Assembly: GCA_045601385.1 (NCBI GenBank) | Contig: JAZRZM010000049.1 | Span: 5,874-69,873, forward strand | Source of the DNA: Clostridia bacterium | Lineage (GTDB): Bacteria; Bacillota; Clostridia; Christensenellales; DTU072 | DNA: 64,000 nucleotides | Reading direction: 5' to 3' | Shown: positions 53,843 to 63,646 of the stretch, piece by piece | How positions within the stretch are numbered: the first letter of the stretch is position 1 | Layout of the letters: the number at the start of each line of letters is the position of its first letter | The notes under the pieces: model-generated | The model's database searches: none | Told to the model about the DNA's origin: nothing | Seen by the model: the letters and a program-made list of their open reading frames with translations, nothing else | Program-made: the position numbers and the translations under genes

Positions 53843-56800
53843 ATGAAAAGAAAACTATTGATTATCTTTGCTACGGTGCTTGTACTCTGTACGGCTATCC
53901 TGTGCGCTTCGTGCGACTTCGATCTCGAAAGCCTGCTCAACGGTCAGAGCGTGCCTTCCGGAGAAAAGCCGTACATCACGGGGCTACGCGTGACGAAAGC
54001 CGCCGCGGGCTTTGAAGACAGTTTCGAGTACACCTACAACAGTCAAGGGACTAACCCGATGGCTGTCGGCGCGGACGAGATCTACTATCTCATTATCGAA
54101 TACAACAACCCTGCTGAGTACGCTATCAGCAGCGTCAAGGTCAACAATATCACCTACCGCGATAATCAGTTCGTTTCGTCGCTGTCGGACAAAACGCAGA
54201 CCTGTTTGCAGTTTGCCACCGACAAGACGGTCAAGACGGAGACTTTGCAATACACCGTCAACAGCGCGTTCTTTACCGCAAACGGTACGACCGATAAGAT
54301 CAAGTGGGGCGAGGGCGTCGAACATTCCGTTTCGGTGGCGGTTCACCCGTATTTTACCTTAAAACTCAATTATATGAACGCCGATAACCGCGCCGGAAAA
54401 TCGGTCGAGAACAAAATCGACGAGCGTACCAAAGTCTACTACCGTACCGAAATGAACAACTATATTGCGGCTCCCGACTACGAGGGCGAGACGACCGTCC
54501 CGACAAAAGCGGGCGGATGGGTTTTTTCGGGTTGGTATACCGATCCGCGCGGACCGGAGTACGGAAAATTGATTTTGGATACCGACGTCTATTCGTTCTG
54601 GTGCGATATGACTTTGTACGCTTACTACGAAAGAATGTACGAAGTCAAAATCGAACCGCTTTTGACCGAAATCGAACACGTCTACAACAAGGGCGGGCAG
54701 GAATTTACGAAGAAGTTTTCTTCGGGCGCCGTCCTGTCGGGAAGAGAATTCGGTAAAGGCGTCGAAAACGCCACCCATAACTACTCCTTGGAAATACCCG
54801 ACACCATTATGGTGGAGACCTTGACCGTCACGCAGAACGTGCGTAACGACGGCATGCCTATGTTTTCCGTCAGCGTCACGGGGAACGAATATCCCGTCGT
54901 GCGGCTCGAAAACAACATTTTTAAGGGCTATAACACCCTTACCGCCGCGACCTGCGGCAAGTACGTCGAGTCGATCGGTTACGGCGCGTTCCGCGGTTGT
55001 ACCAAAATGGCGACGCTCTCGTTCTCGGACGGAAGCGTCTTAAAAAGAATAGGCGACTACGCTTTCGAGAGTACCGAAGTACTCGGTGCGTCTTCGCCGT
55101 TTACCCTGCCTGCGACGGTCGAGTATCTCGGCTTGTGCGCCTTCCGTTACAGCGGTTGGGGCTTGACGAGAAACAGCGGCAGCGGTCAGGGCGGCGAATC
55201 GGTTTTGCAGATCCGCCCCACTTGGAAATATATCGGTTACAAATGTTTTTCCGATACGAAGTTCAGACAGATCGTCTTCAAAGCCGGTTGCCACTTTGAC
55301 AGTCAGATCGGCGCGGCGGAAGGAAAGAACGACGAAAGCGCGCTTGACGAAGACGGCATTTCGGGCAGCAACACTTTCCGCGTCGGGCAAAACCGTATCG
55401 GCGCGCGTCTTTTTGAGCAGTGCTATAACATAAGCAACGTCGTCTTTGAAAGTAACGGCAGCGACGGACTCAATATCATCCCCGATTACTGCTTCGACGC
55501 CGGTTCCTGGTACGACGATCCGAAAAGACCGTTCGCCTGTATCGGTTATATTTCTTTCGGCGAGGGGCTGGAAGTAATCGGCGAAAGAGCGTTCAATTAT
55601 CAGGTCAAGATTCCCGAACTTCCTTTGCCGAAGTCCCTTAAAGACGTCGGCAGATACGCTTTCTATAACTGTATCGCCGTCACCAATCTGAACTTCGAGC
55701 GCGTCACCTTGCAGGACATCGCGCGTAAAGGTACCGTCAGCCTCGCTTTGACCAACGACAGCCGTCTGGAAATCATCCGCGGTGGCGCGTTCGCCAACCT
55801 CGCCGGTATCGACGTCGTGTATATCACTTCGCAGTACTTCCGCTTGTACGGAAACGGTCCTTTCCAGGGCTGTCCCCGTCTGAAATGTATCATTTTCAAT
55901 AATATTCAGGACGTCTTGCCCACGGGATTCAAGTCCTCCAAAGAAAAATTCGGCTATGCGGTCGAAAGCGGAGAAATCAACGACGACGAAATTCTGCTCG
56001 GACATAAGCAGTCCGATTTTACCTACGGCACGGCGGCTTCGGGCGAACTGACGAGCGACGAAGAAGATATGGACACGACGGGAGACGAATTTGCCATCAC
56101 CTATTCCAACCCCATCCGCATCTTCTGCCCCTCCGTCAGTACAGACGCGTTGAAAAAAGATATGCTGATCGGTAAAGAGGTGACCGCGGGCAGTCAGTCT
56201 TCGGGCACGAAATCCTTTAACAGTCAGGTTTTTGTCCACCCGCTTGAAAATATGTATAACTTCAAATACGTCGCCGGCGGCGAAGAGCAGAACGTAACCG
56301 TCGCCGTGCAGGAAATATACAAGTCCAGCAACGGACAGCCGACAAGTACGAGAATCGGTTACAGCCTCGTCTATTGGGACGTGCGTTCGACGGAAATCGT
56401 CTTGCCGACGGCAGGCGACCTCAACTTGCAAAGCGAAATCGTCGAAATCGCGGCGTACGCTATCCCGACCAGTTGCGTTTATCTGAAAATCCCGTCCTGC
56501 TACACCCGTATCGAACACGACGCCTTTAACAGTTGTCGCAGTCTTTCGACCGTCGAATTCGAGGATATAAACACCCTTGCTTATATCGGACAGTACGCCT
56601 TTATGGGGACTTCGATCAGGACGTTTACCGGCGGTACTTCCTTAAAGGTCATCGGCGACTACGCCTTTAAGAGTTGCAAGAGCCTCATATGGGTTGACTT
56701 GAAAAACACTTTGATCGAGAACAAATACGACGGACGTATGGGCGCGTATTATCAATATAAATACGAATACGAATTGGACGACTATGACGAAGATTACAGC

Positions 56801-57163
56801 AACTCCCTCGGAGCAAGTTGCTTCTCGGCGTGTAAGAATCTGAAATGGATCTACCTGCCGAAGAATATCGCCCGACTCAATTCGAGTACTTTCGCCGGGT
56901 GCAGTTCTCTCGATACCGTCATTATTCCGACGTCAAACGTCAGCGAAGTCATCAGCGGCAACGATAAAGACAGGTTCTACGAGACGGGACAAGCGGCGGC
57001 GGTGTATCCGTCGGGAAAACTCAATCAGATTGCCATCTACATTCACTTCCGTATGGATACCGTCCACAAGACTCTGCTCGCGCCCGAGTTTATAAGGGAT
57101 CAGGCGTACCACACCTTCGATCCCGATACCGGCAGCGGCATACCCGACAAACCCAACGCATAA
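53843..57163 (+). CDS. surface lipoprotein with Listeria-Bacteroides repeat and BspA-type leucine-rich repeats (1106 aa)
   Basis: AAGGAG RBS. Lipobox LCTAILCASC. Flg_new-type motif GGWVFSGWYTDPRG. Many LRR_5-like units (IGYGAFRGC..L..L.F, IGDYAFES.., IGERAFNY.., IGQYAFMGT.., IGDYAFKSCKSL). Confidence 0.85.
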   Translation: MKRKLLIIFATVLVLCTAILCASCDFDLESLLNGQSVPSGEKPYITGLRVTKAAAGFEDSFEYTYNSQGTNPMAVGADEIYYLIIEYNNPAEYAISSVKVNNITYRDNQFVSSLSDKTQTCLQFATDKTVKTETLQYTVNSAFFTANGTTDKIKWGEGVEHSVSVAVHPYFTLKLNYMNADNRAGKSVENKIDERTKVYYRTEMNNYIAAPDYEGETTVPTKAGGWVFSGWYTDPRGPEYGKLILDTDVYSFWCDMTLYAYYERMYEVKIEPLLTEIEHVYNKGGQEFTKKFSSGAVLSGREFGKGVENATHNYSLEIPDTIMVETLTVTQNVRNDGMPMFSVSVTGNEYPVVRLENNIFKGYNTLTAATCGKYVESIGYGAFRGCTKMATLSFSDGSVLKRIGDYAFESTEVLGASSPFTLPATVEYLGLCAFRYSGWGLTRNSGSGQGGESVLQIRPTWKYIGYKCFSDTKFRQIVFKAGCHFDSQIGAAEGKNDESALDEDGISGSNTFRVGQNRIGARLFEQCYNISNVVFESNGSDGLNIIPDYCFDAGSWYDDPKRPFACIGYISFGEGLEVIGERAFNYQVKIPELPLPKSLKDVGRYAFYNCIAVTNLNFERVTLQDIARKGTVSLALTNDSRLEIIRGGAFANLAGIDVVYITSQYFRLYGNGPFQGCPRLKCIIFNNIQDVLPTGFKSSKEKFGYAVESGEINDDEILLGHKQSDFTYGTAASGELTSDEEDMDTTGDEFAITYSNPIRIFCPSVSTDALKKDMLIGKEVTAGSQSSGTKSFNSQVFVHPLENMYNFKYVAGGEEQNVTVAVQEIYKSSNGQPTSTRIGYSLVYWDVRSTEIVLPTAGDLNLQSEIVEIAAYAIPTSCVYLKIPSCYTRIEHDAFNSCRSLSTVEFEDINTLAYIGQYAFMGTSIRTFTGGTSLKVIGDYAFKSCKSLIWVDLKNTLIENKYDGRMGAYYQYKYEYELDDYDEDYSNSLGASCFSACKNLKWIYLPKNIARLNSSTFAGCSSLDTVIIPTSNVSEVISGNDKDRFYETGQAAAVYPSGKLNQIAIYIHFRMDTVHKTLLAPEFIRDQAYHTFDPDTGSGIPDKPNA

Positions 57164-57187
57164 AGACAAAGGAGAACGGATTTTATT

Positions 57188-58951
57188 ATGGAAAGACTAC
57201 TGACGCCCTTCGGGGAAAAAATCAACCGCGACAAGCCGCTCGACGACTATCCGCGTCCGCAACTTGCGCGTAAATCGTGGCAAAACCTCAACGGAAGATG
57301 GCGGTATGCCATTCGCAAAAAAGGAGAAGAAAGGGGAGAATACGACGGCGAAATCATTGTCCCGTTCAGCCCCGAGACCATTCTTTCGGGCGTGGAAAAG
57401 ACGGTCAAACCGACCGACGTACTCTATTACGAAAGAGAGTTTTTCTGCGAAAAGGAAAACAAAAAGCAACTTCTTCACTTCGGCGCGGTCGATTACGAAT
57501 GCACCGTGATTATCAACGGACAGACGGTCGGAAGCCACAAGGGCGGCTATCTTCCCTTTACTTTCGACGTCACGGGCTTTGTGAAAAAAGGCAAGAACAC
57601 CTTGCAGGTCGAAGTGACCGATCCGAGTGACGAAGGGGTACAGGCGCGCGGAAAGCAATGCACCAAGCGCGGCGGCATCTGGTACACCGCGCAGTCGGGT
57701 ATATGGCAGACGGTGTGGATGGAAGAAGTCGGCGATAATTATATCGAGACCGTTCTGTTCACCCCCGACATCGATCGAAAAACGGTGACGGTCGACATTG
57801 CCTTTTCTGCCGTGGCGGATGTGTGCACGGTGGAAATAAGCGATCGTGAGGGCGTCGTCGCCACGGCAAAAACGAATAAAGGAAAAGCGATAATAGGTAT
57901 CGACAACCCGACGTTATGGAGCCCCGAAAACCCGTTTTTATACGACGTAAAGATCACGTCCGCCGGCGGAGACGAAGTGACTTCGTATTTCGGTATGCGC
58001 AAGTTTTCGATCGGAAAGGATGAAAAAGGCGTGACGAGACTTTGTCTTAACAATAAACCGTATTTTCAGAACGGACTGCTCGACCAGGGGTATTGGAGCG
58101 ACGGCTTGTATACCGCGCCGAGCGATGAAGCGATGATCTACGACATACGGACGATGAAAGACATGGGCTTTAATATGCTCCGCAAGCATATCAAAATCGA
58201 ACCGCTCCGCTGGTACTACCACTGCGACAGACTCGGCATGATCGTGTGGCAGGACGCCGTATCGGGCGGCGGCATTTACAAAAAGATCGTCACCACCGTT
58301 TTGCCGGCGATCGATCTTGCTTTCTGTAAAAAAATCGTCCGTCTGAAAGACGCGGAGAAGAACTATAAACTGTTTTCACGGGAAGACGAAGAGGGCAGAA
58401 AGGAATACTATCGCGATTCCAAAGAGATGATCGCTCTGTTAAAGAACGTCGTCTCCCTTGCCGTTTGGGTGCCGTTCAACGAGGGCTGGGGACAGTTCGA
58501 TTCTCAAAAAGCGTACGACTTTTTCAAAAAAGAAGACGGGACGAGAATCATCGACCACGCGAGCGGATTCCACGATCAGGGCGCGGGCGATCTGAACAGT
58601 TTTCACATCTACTTTACGGCGTTTTCTTTCCCGAAGTTCGACAAAAACGACGACCGCCCCATTGTGCTTTCGGAGTACGGCGGTTTCAGCCTGTCGATCG
58701 ACGGGCACATGTTCAATAAAAAGACGTTCGGCTACCGCAAGTTTTCCGATCCGAAAAAATATGCGGCGGCGATGCGCGCGCTCTTTGAAAAGAAAGTCGT
58801 CCCCTCTATCGAAAAGGGACTGTCGGCGACCGTGTATACCGAGGTTTCCGACGTCGAGGACGAAAGCAACGGACTCTTGACCTTTGACCGCAAGGCGATG
58901 AAAATATCGGTCGAAGAAATGAAAAAAATAAACGAAAAGGTTAGGTTATAA
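57188..58951 (+). CDS. glycoside hydrolase family 2 protein (paralogue 1)
   Basis: GH2-type N-terminal sugar-binding domain (YPRPQLARKSWQNLNGRWRYAI ... GGYLPFTFDVT). TIM-barrel blocks (GFNMLRKHIKIEP, VPFNEGWGQFD). Confidence 0.8.
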   Translation: MERLLTPFGEKINRDKPLDDYPRPQLARKSWQNLNGRWRYAIRKKGEERGEYDGEIIVPFSPETILSGVEKTVKPTDVLYYEREFFCEKENKKQLLHFGAVDYECTVIINGQTVGSHKGGYLPFTFDVTGFVKKGKNTLQVEVTDPSDEGVQARGKQCTKRGGIWYTAQSGIWQTVWMEEVGDNYIETVLFTPDIDRKTVTVDIAFSAVADVCTVEISDREGVVATAKTNKGKAIIGIDNPTLWSPENPFLYDVKITSAGGDEVTSYFGMRKFSIGKDEKGVTRLCLNNKPYFQNGLLDQGYWSDGLYTAPSDEAMIYDIRTMKDMGFNMLRKHIKIEPLRWYYHCDRLGMIVWQDAVSGGGIYKKIVTTVLPAIDLAFCKKIVRLKDAEKNYKLFSREDEEGRKEYYRDSKEMIALLKNVVSLAVWVPFNEGWGQFDSQKAYDFFKKEDGTRIIDHASGFHDQGAGDLNSFHIYFTAFSFPKFDKNDDRPIVLSEYGGFSLSIDGHMFNKKTFGYRKFSDPKKYAAAMRALFEKKVVPSIEKGLSATVYTEVSDVEDESNGLLTFDRKAMKISVEEMKKINEKVRL

Positions 58952-58958
58952 ACGGAAA

Positions 58959-60743
58959 ATGATACAGCAATTATTGACGCCGTATGGCGAAGCCGTAAAC
59001 AAAACGCTTCCACTTGACGACTATCCGCGTCCGCAATTTGTGCGTGATAACTGGCAGAACCTGAACGGCGAATGGGACTATGCTATCTGCAAAAGCGACG
59101 AGGTTTTTTCGGAGTATACGGGCAAAATTCTCGTGCCGTTCAGCCCCGAATCGTCCCTTTCGGGCGTGGGAAGAGTGCTTTTGCCGGACGAAACGCTTTA
59201 TTACAGACGGGAATTTACCTTTCATAAAACGGGCGAGGCCGCGCTTTTGCACTTCGGCGCCGTCGACTATGCGTGTACGATTACTTTGAACGGACTGGTT
59301 ATCGCCCGACACAAGGGCGGATATACCGGCTTTACGCTGAACGTTTCGGGGCTTTTGAAAGAGGGATCGAACGTACTTGAACTTGCCGTGACCGATCCGA
59401 CCGATACGGGCTGTCAGGCATGCGGAAAGCAAAAACTGAATCGCGGCGGCATTTGGTATACGCCGCAGTCGGGTATATGGCAAACGGTATGGCTGGAACA
59501 AACGGTAAAAAACTATATCAAACGATACCGCTACACCCCCGACGTAGACGCGGAAACGCTCACCGTAGAACTGACCTTTGCGGAGGAAAAAGAGGGCTAT
59601 ATTTTTTCCGTCGAACACGGCGGACGGGAATATCGCTATTTTTCGGGCGGCGAAAACGTTACGCTCAAAATGGGCGACATTATGCGTTTGTGGAGTCCCG
59701 AAGATCCGTATTTATACCGCGTCAAAATCACGACGCAGTCGGGAGAAATCGTTCGGTCGTACTTTGCCATGCGCAAGATTTCGACGGAGAAAATAGGCGG
59801 TTTTACGCGGATAATGCTCAATAATAAGCCGTATTTTCAGAAAGGTTTGCTCGATCAAGGGTATTGGAGCGACGGTTTGTATACCGCGCCGAGCGACGAA
59901 GCGATGATATGCGACATAAAGACGATGAAGGACCTCGGGTTCAATATGCTCCGTAAGCACATCAAAGTCGAGCCGCTCCGTTGGTACTACCACTGCGACA
60001 GGCTGGGTATGCTCGTATGGCAGGATATTGTCAGCGGATCGCACTTTTTTGAGGCGCGCGACGGCAAACACCCCGTTTTGCAACCCGAAAGAGAGGGTAA
60101 AAAGGTAAAAAAGAAGATTGTTTCCGACGGCGGCGAAAACTACGATTATCTTGGGCGTGACAGTATGGAAAGCCGCGCCGAATACCGCAAGGAAGCCGAA
60201 CGGGAAGTCAAAATGCTCTACAACACGCCGTCCGTCGTTCTGTGGACGACCTTTAACGAGGGGTGGGGACAGTTCGACGCGAATTATGCCTGCGCGATGG
60301 TGAAAGAATGGGACAAAACCCGTCTCGTCGATCACGCGAGCGGCTGGTTCGATCAAGGCGGCGGCGACGTCAACAGTATCCATAATTACAGCAAAAAACC
60401 GAAGTATCGGAAGTACTCGGACGACGACGGGCGCGCGCTCGTTTTGTCGGAATACGGAGGGCTGACTTTCCGTCCCGACGTCGAACACGTCTTCGATCCC
60501 GACGCGCTCACGGGTTACCGCCGTTTCCGCGGTAGCAAGAACTGTACGAAAGCCTTTGTCAAACTGCAAAAACGGCTTCAAAAAGCCTTTTTGAAAGAGG
60601 GACTTTGCGCGTCGGTCTATACGCAGGTGTCCGACGTCGAAGATGAACTCAACGGCATGCTGACGTACGACAGAAAGGTATTGAAAATGGACGCGCGCCT
60701 CGTCAGAAAAGCCAACGACGCGCTCGGTAAGGTAGGTAAATAA
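58959..60743 (+). CDS. glycoside hydrolase family 2 protein (paralogue 2)
   Basis: Collinear with 57188..58951: YPRPQFVRDNWQNLNGEWDYAI, GGYTGFTLNVS, GFNMLRKHIKVEP and TTFNEGWGQFD. Confidence 0.8.
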   Translation: MIQQLLTPYGEAVNKTLPLDDYPRPQFVRDNWQNLNGEWDYAICKSDEVFSEYTGKILVPFSPESSLSGVGRVLLPDETLYYRREFTFHKTGEAALLHFGAVDYACTITLNGLVIARHKGGYTGFTLNVSGLLKEGSNVLELAVTDPTDTGCQACGKQKLNRGGIWYTPQSGIWQTVWLEQTVKNYIKRYRYTPDVDAETLTVELTFAEEKEGYIFSVEHGGREYRYFSGGENVTLKMGDIMRLWSPEDPYLYRVKITTQSGEIVRSYFAMRKISTEKIGGFTRIMLNNKPYFQKGLLDQGYWSDGLYTAPSDEAMICDIKTMKDLGFNMLRKHIKVEPLRWYYHCDRLGMLVWQDIVSGSHFFEARDGKHPVLQPEREGKKVKKKIVSDGGENYDYLGRDSMESRAEYRKEAEREVKMLYNTPSVVLWTTFNEGWGQFDANYACAMVKEWDKTRLVDHASGWFDQGGGDVNSIHNYSKKPKYRKYSDDDGRALVLSEYGGLTFRPDVEHVFDPDALTGYRRFRGSKNCTKAFVKLQKRLQKAFLKEGLCASVYTQVSDVEDELNGMLTYDRKVLKMDARLVRKANDALGKVGK

Positions 60744-61252
60744 TGATAAACGAAAGTACGGACCGCGTTCTTATCGCCCTGCGTGACAGCGGCGTGGGAA
60801 AAACAAGCACCGTCGTCACGCGTCAGGAACTGACGAAACGTCTTGACGGCGATTTCACTCGGAAAGAACTGGACGAATGCGTCGAAAAACTACGCACGCT
60901 CGAATACGTAGCGTCTACCTACACCGACGAAAACGTGTACTGCCTGTGCTTTTTGCCCCGCGGAATGGCGCGGTGCGACCGAATCGACGAAGAGGAAAGA
61001 GAACGTCGGCGGCAGGAACAACGGGCGCGCGAAGTCGCCGAAAAACAACGCGAACTGTCCAAAAAAGGCAGACAAAGCGAAGTCGTCGAGATCATAGGAC
61101 AGACGGACGAATCGGGGCAAACGGTTGTGCCGACCGTCATCGAAGCGCCGAAAATGCCTGTGGCGAAAATCGTGCTGACCTGCGCGCTTTCGTCCTTTTT
61201 CGGCTGTATCGTCGCCGGTGTAATCTGCTTCTTTTTGGCAAAAATATTATAA
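60743..61252 (+). CDS. small C-terminally membrane-anchored protein, unknown function
   Basis: ATG overlaps the GH2 stop (TAATG). ~80-aa helical (wHTH-like?) N-terminal domain, a strongly charged ER-rich linker, and C-terminal TM VLTCALSSFFGCIVAGVICFFLA. Confidence 0.55.
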   Translation: MINESTDRVLIALRDSGVGKTSTVVTRQELTKRLDGDFTRKELDECVEKLRTLEYVASTYTDENVYCLCFLPRGMARCDRIDEEERERRRQEQRAREVAEKQRELSKKGRQSEVVEIIGQTDESGQTVVPTVIEAPKMPVAKIVLTCALSSFFGCIVAGVICFFLAKIL

Positions 61253-61273
61253 AATACGGAGTAAATAAACAAT

Positions 61274-61648
61274 ATGGTATTGGAAAAGAAAGAGAAAAAA
61301 CTGATGGACGTCGTATACGAAGCCGTCAGCGGAACGCCGAAGGGACAACTGCTTATCTCTCCACGCGACCTTCTCGAAAAAGTCACCTATCGAATCGAAT
61401 TTTCGGAAAGCGATCTGGAAACGAACCTCAACAGGCTTGTGCTGGATAATTATTGCTCGTACGAAAAAGTGCGTACCACGGGCGGAGAAACGATGTATCT
61501 TATATCTTTGCGGAGCGCGGGGCTCAGTTATTTCCGCGATAAGCAGATCGCTCGCCGCAAAATGATAACGAAAATCATCATCACGCTCCTGATCGCCGCC
61601 CTGTCGGTGTCGGCAAAGAATATCATTCAACTGATCTTTTTCAGTTAA
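61274..61648 (+). CDS. small C-terminally membrane-anchored protein, architectural paralogue of 60743..61252
   Basis: Same layout: ~85-aa N-terminal domain, basic linker [10 protein letters not shown], and C-terminal [19 protein letters not shown]. Confidence 0.55.
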   Translation: MVLEKKEKKLMDVVYEAVSGTPKGQLLISPRDLLEKVTYRIEFSESDLETNLNRLVLDNYCSYEKVRTTGGETMYLISLRSAGLSYFRDKQIARRKMITKIIITLLIAALSVSAKNIIQLIFFS

Positions 61649-61677
61649 GAACAACACACGGAAGAAGTAAAAGGGAA

Positions 61678-63639
61678 ATGGACAAATTCGAACTTGTCAG
61701 CGCATATAAGCCGTGCGGCGATCAACCGCAGGCGATCGAAAAACTCTGCGAGGGACTCGACGACGGACTCAGGACGCAAGTGCTTCTCGGCGTTACGGGA
61801 TCGGGCAAGACGTTTACGATGGCGAACGTCATCGCGCGTATGAACCGCCCTACGCTCGTCATCGCGCACAACAAGACGCTGGCGGCGCAACTGTGCAACG
61901 AATTCAAAGAGTTTTTTCCGCATAACAGGGTGGAGTACTTTGTCTCGTATTATGACTATTACCGCCCCGAGGCGTACATTCCGTCTACCGACGTCTATAT
62001 CGAAAAGGATATGAGCCTGAATGACGAAATCGATAAACTGCGCCACTCAGCGACCGCTTCATTGGGCGAACGGCGCGACGTAATAGTGGTCGCTTCGGTA
62101 TCCTGTATATACGGTTTGGGAGCCCCGCAAGAATATTTTAATCAAATGATATCGCTGCGCCCCGGTATGATTATCGATCGGGACGACCTTATTGACAGGC
62201 TGATAAAATTGCAGTACAAACGGTCGGAATACGACTTTGTACGCACGACTTTTCGGGTGCGCGGAGACCGCCTCGAAATTTTTACCGCGTCGTCTACGAA
62301 CACGGCGATCCTCGTGGAGATGTTCGGCGACGAGATAGAGGGCTTGTACGAAGAAGACGCGACCACGATGCAGATTCTGTCCGAACTCGAACACGCCGCG
62401 ATTTTCCCTGCGACGCACTACGTCGTGGGCGATGAAAAAATGGAATCCACGTTAGCCAAAATACGCGCCGACCTTACCAAAGAGTGCGCCGCGTTTACGG
62501 CGGAAAACAAACTGCTCGAAGAGCAAAGGCTGCGCGAGAGAGTCAACTACGACCTGGAAATGCTGCGCGAGATAGGCTATTGCAGCGGCATAGAAAACTA
62601 TTCGCGCTACTTTGACGGCAGGTCGCCCGGAGAGCCGCCGTTTACTTTGATGGACTACTTTCCGAAGGACTTTTTGCTGTTTATCGACGAGTCGCACATG
62701 ACTTTGCCGCAACTTAGGGCAATGTACGCAGGCGATGTCGCGCGCAAAAAGAACCTTGTCGACTACGGTTTTCGTCTGAAAGCCGCTTACGACAACCGTC
62801 CCCTCAATTTTGAAGAATTCAACGGGCGGTTCTCGCAAATGATATGCGTCAGCGCGACGCCGGCGGAGTACGAACTTGCCGAGCAGGGACAGATCGTCGA
62901 ACAGTTTTTGCGCCCGACGGGGCTTGTCGATCCCGAAATCGAGATTCGGAAAATCGAAGGGCAAATCGACGATCTTATCGGAGAAATCAACGATACCGTC
63001 GCCAAAAAAGGTCGGGTGCTCGTCACGACGCTTACGAAAAAAATGGCGGAAAGTCTGACCGTATATCTGTGCGAGCGGAACATAAAGGCGACCTACATGC
63101 ACAGCGACATCGACACGCTGGAAAGAATCGAAATCATCAACAAACTGCGCCTCGGCGAAACCGACGTCGTGGTCGGGATCAACCTGCTTCGGGAGGGACT
63201 GGATATTCCCGAAGTGATGCTGGTAGCCATTCTCGACGCCGACAAAGAGGGCTTTTTGCGTTCGCGGCAGGCCTTGATTCAGACGGTGGGCAGAGCGGCA
63301 AGAAACGCCGAAGCGCGGGTTATTTTATACGCGGACGTGATGACCGACAGCATGAAAGCGGCGATCGAGGAGACGTCGCGCAGACGGGCGATTCAGATAG
63401 CCTACAACACCGAACACGGCATTACGCCGCGGACAATCGTCAAAGAAATCAAAAACAGCGTTGTTATCACGCGAAAGAATACCGAAAAAAGCGGCTTGAC
63501 AAAGGACGAAATGATACGCGAAATCGAACGCCTGACGGGACTTATGAAAGCCGCCTCGGCGCAACTTGACTTTGAAACATGCATAACGCTCCGCGAACAA
63601 ATCGCCGCGTTGAAAGAAAAATTACGAAACAGGAAATAG
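61678..63639 (+). CDS. uvrB: excinuclease ABC subunit B
   Basis: [10 protein letters not shown], Walker [13 protein letters not shown], helicase motifs, and the C-terminal UVR domain ([15 protein letters not shown]). Confidence 0.93.
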   Translation: MDKFELVSAYKPCGDQPQAIEKLCEGLDDGLRTQVLLGVTGSGKTFTMANVIARMNRPTLVIAHNKTLAAQLCNEFKEFFPHNRVEYFVSYYDYYRPEAYIPSTDVYIEKDMSLNDEIDKLRHSATASLGERRDVIVVASVSCIYGLGAPQEYFNQMISLRPGMIIDRDDLIDRLIKLQYKRSEYDFVRTTFRVRGDRLEIFTASSTNTAILVEMFGDEIEGLYEEDATTMQILSELEHAAIFPATHYVVGDEKMESTLAKIRADLTKECAAFTAENKLLEEQRLRERVNYDLEMLREIGYCSGIENYSRYFDGRSPGEPPFTLMDYFPKDFLLFIDESHMTLPQLRAMYAGDVARKKNLVDYGFRLKAAYDNRPLNFEEFNGRFSQMICVSATPAEYELAEQGQIVEQFLRPTGLVDPEIEIRKIEGQIDDLIGEINDTVAKKGRVLVTTLTKKMAESLTVYLCERNIKATYMHSDIDTLERIEIINKLRLGETDVVVGINLLREGLDIPEVMLVAILDADKEGFLRSRQALIQTVGRAARNAEARVILYADVMTDSMKAAIEETSRRRAIQIAYNTEHGITPRTIVKEIKNSVVITRKNTEKSGLTKDEMIREIERLTGLMKAASAQLDFETCITLREQIAALKEKLRNRK

Positions 63640-63646
63640 ATTTTTT

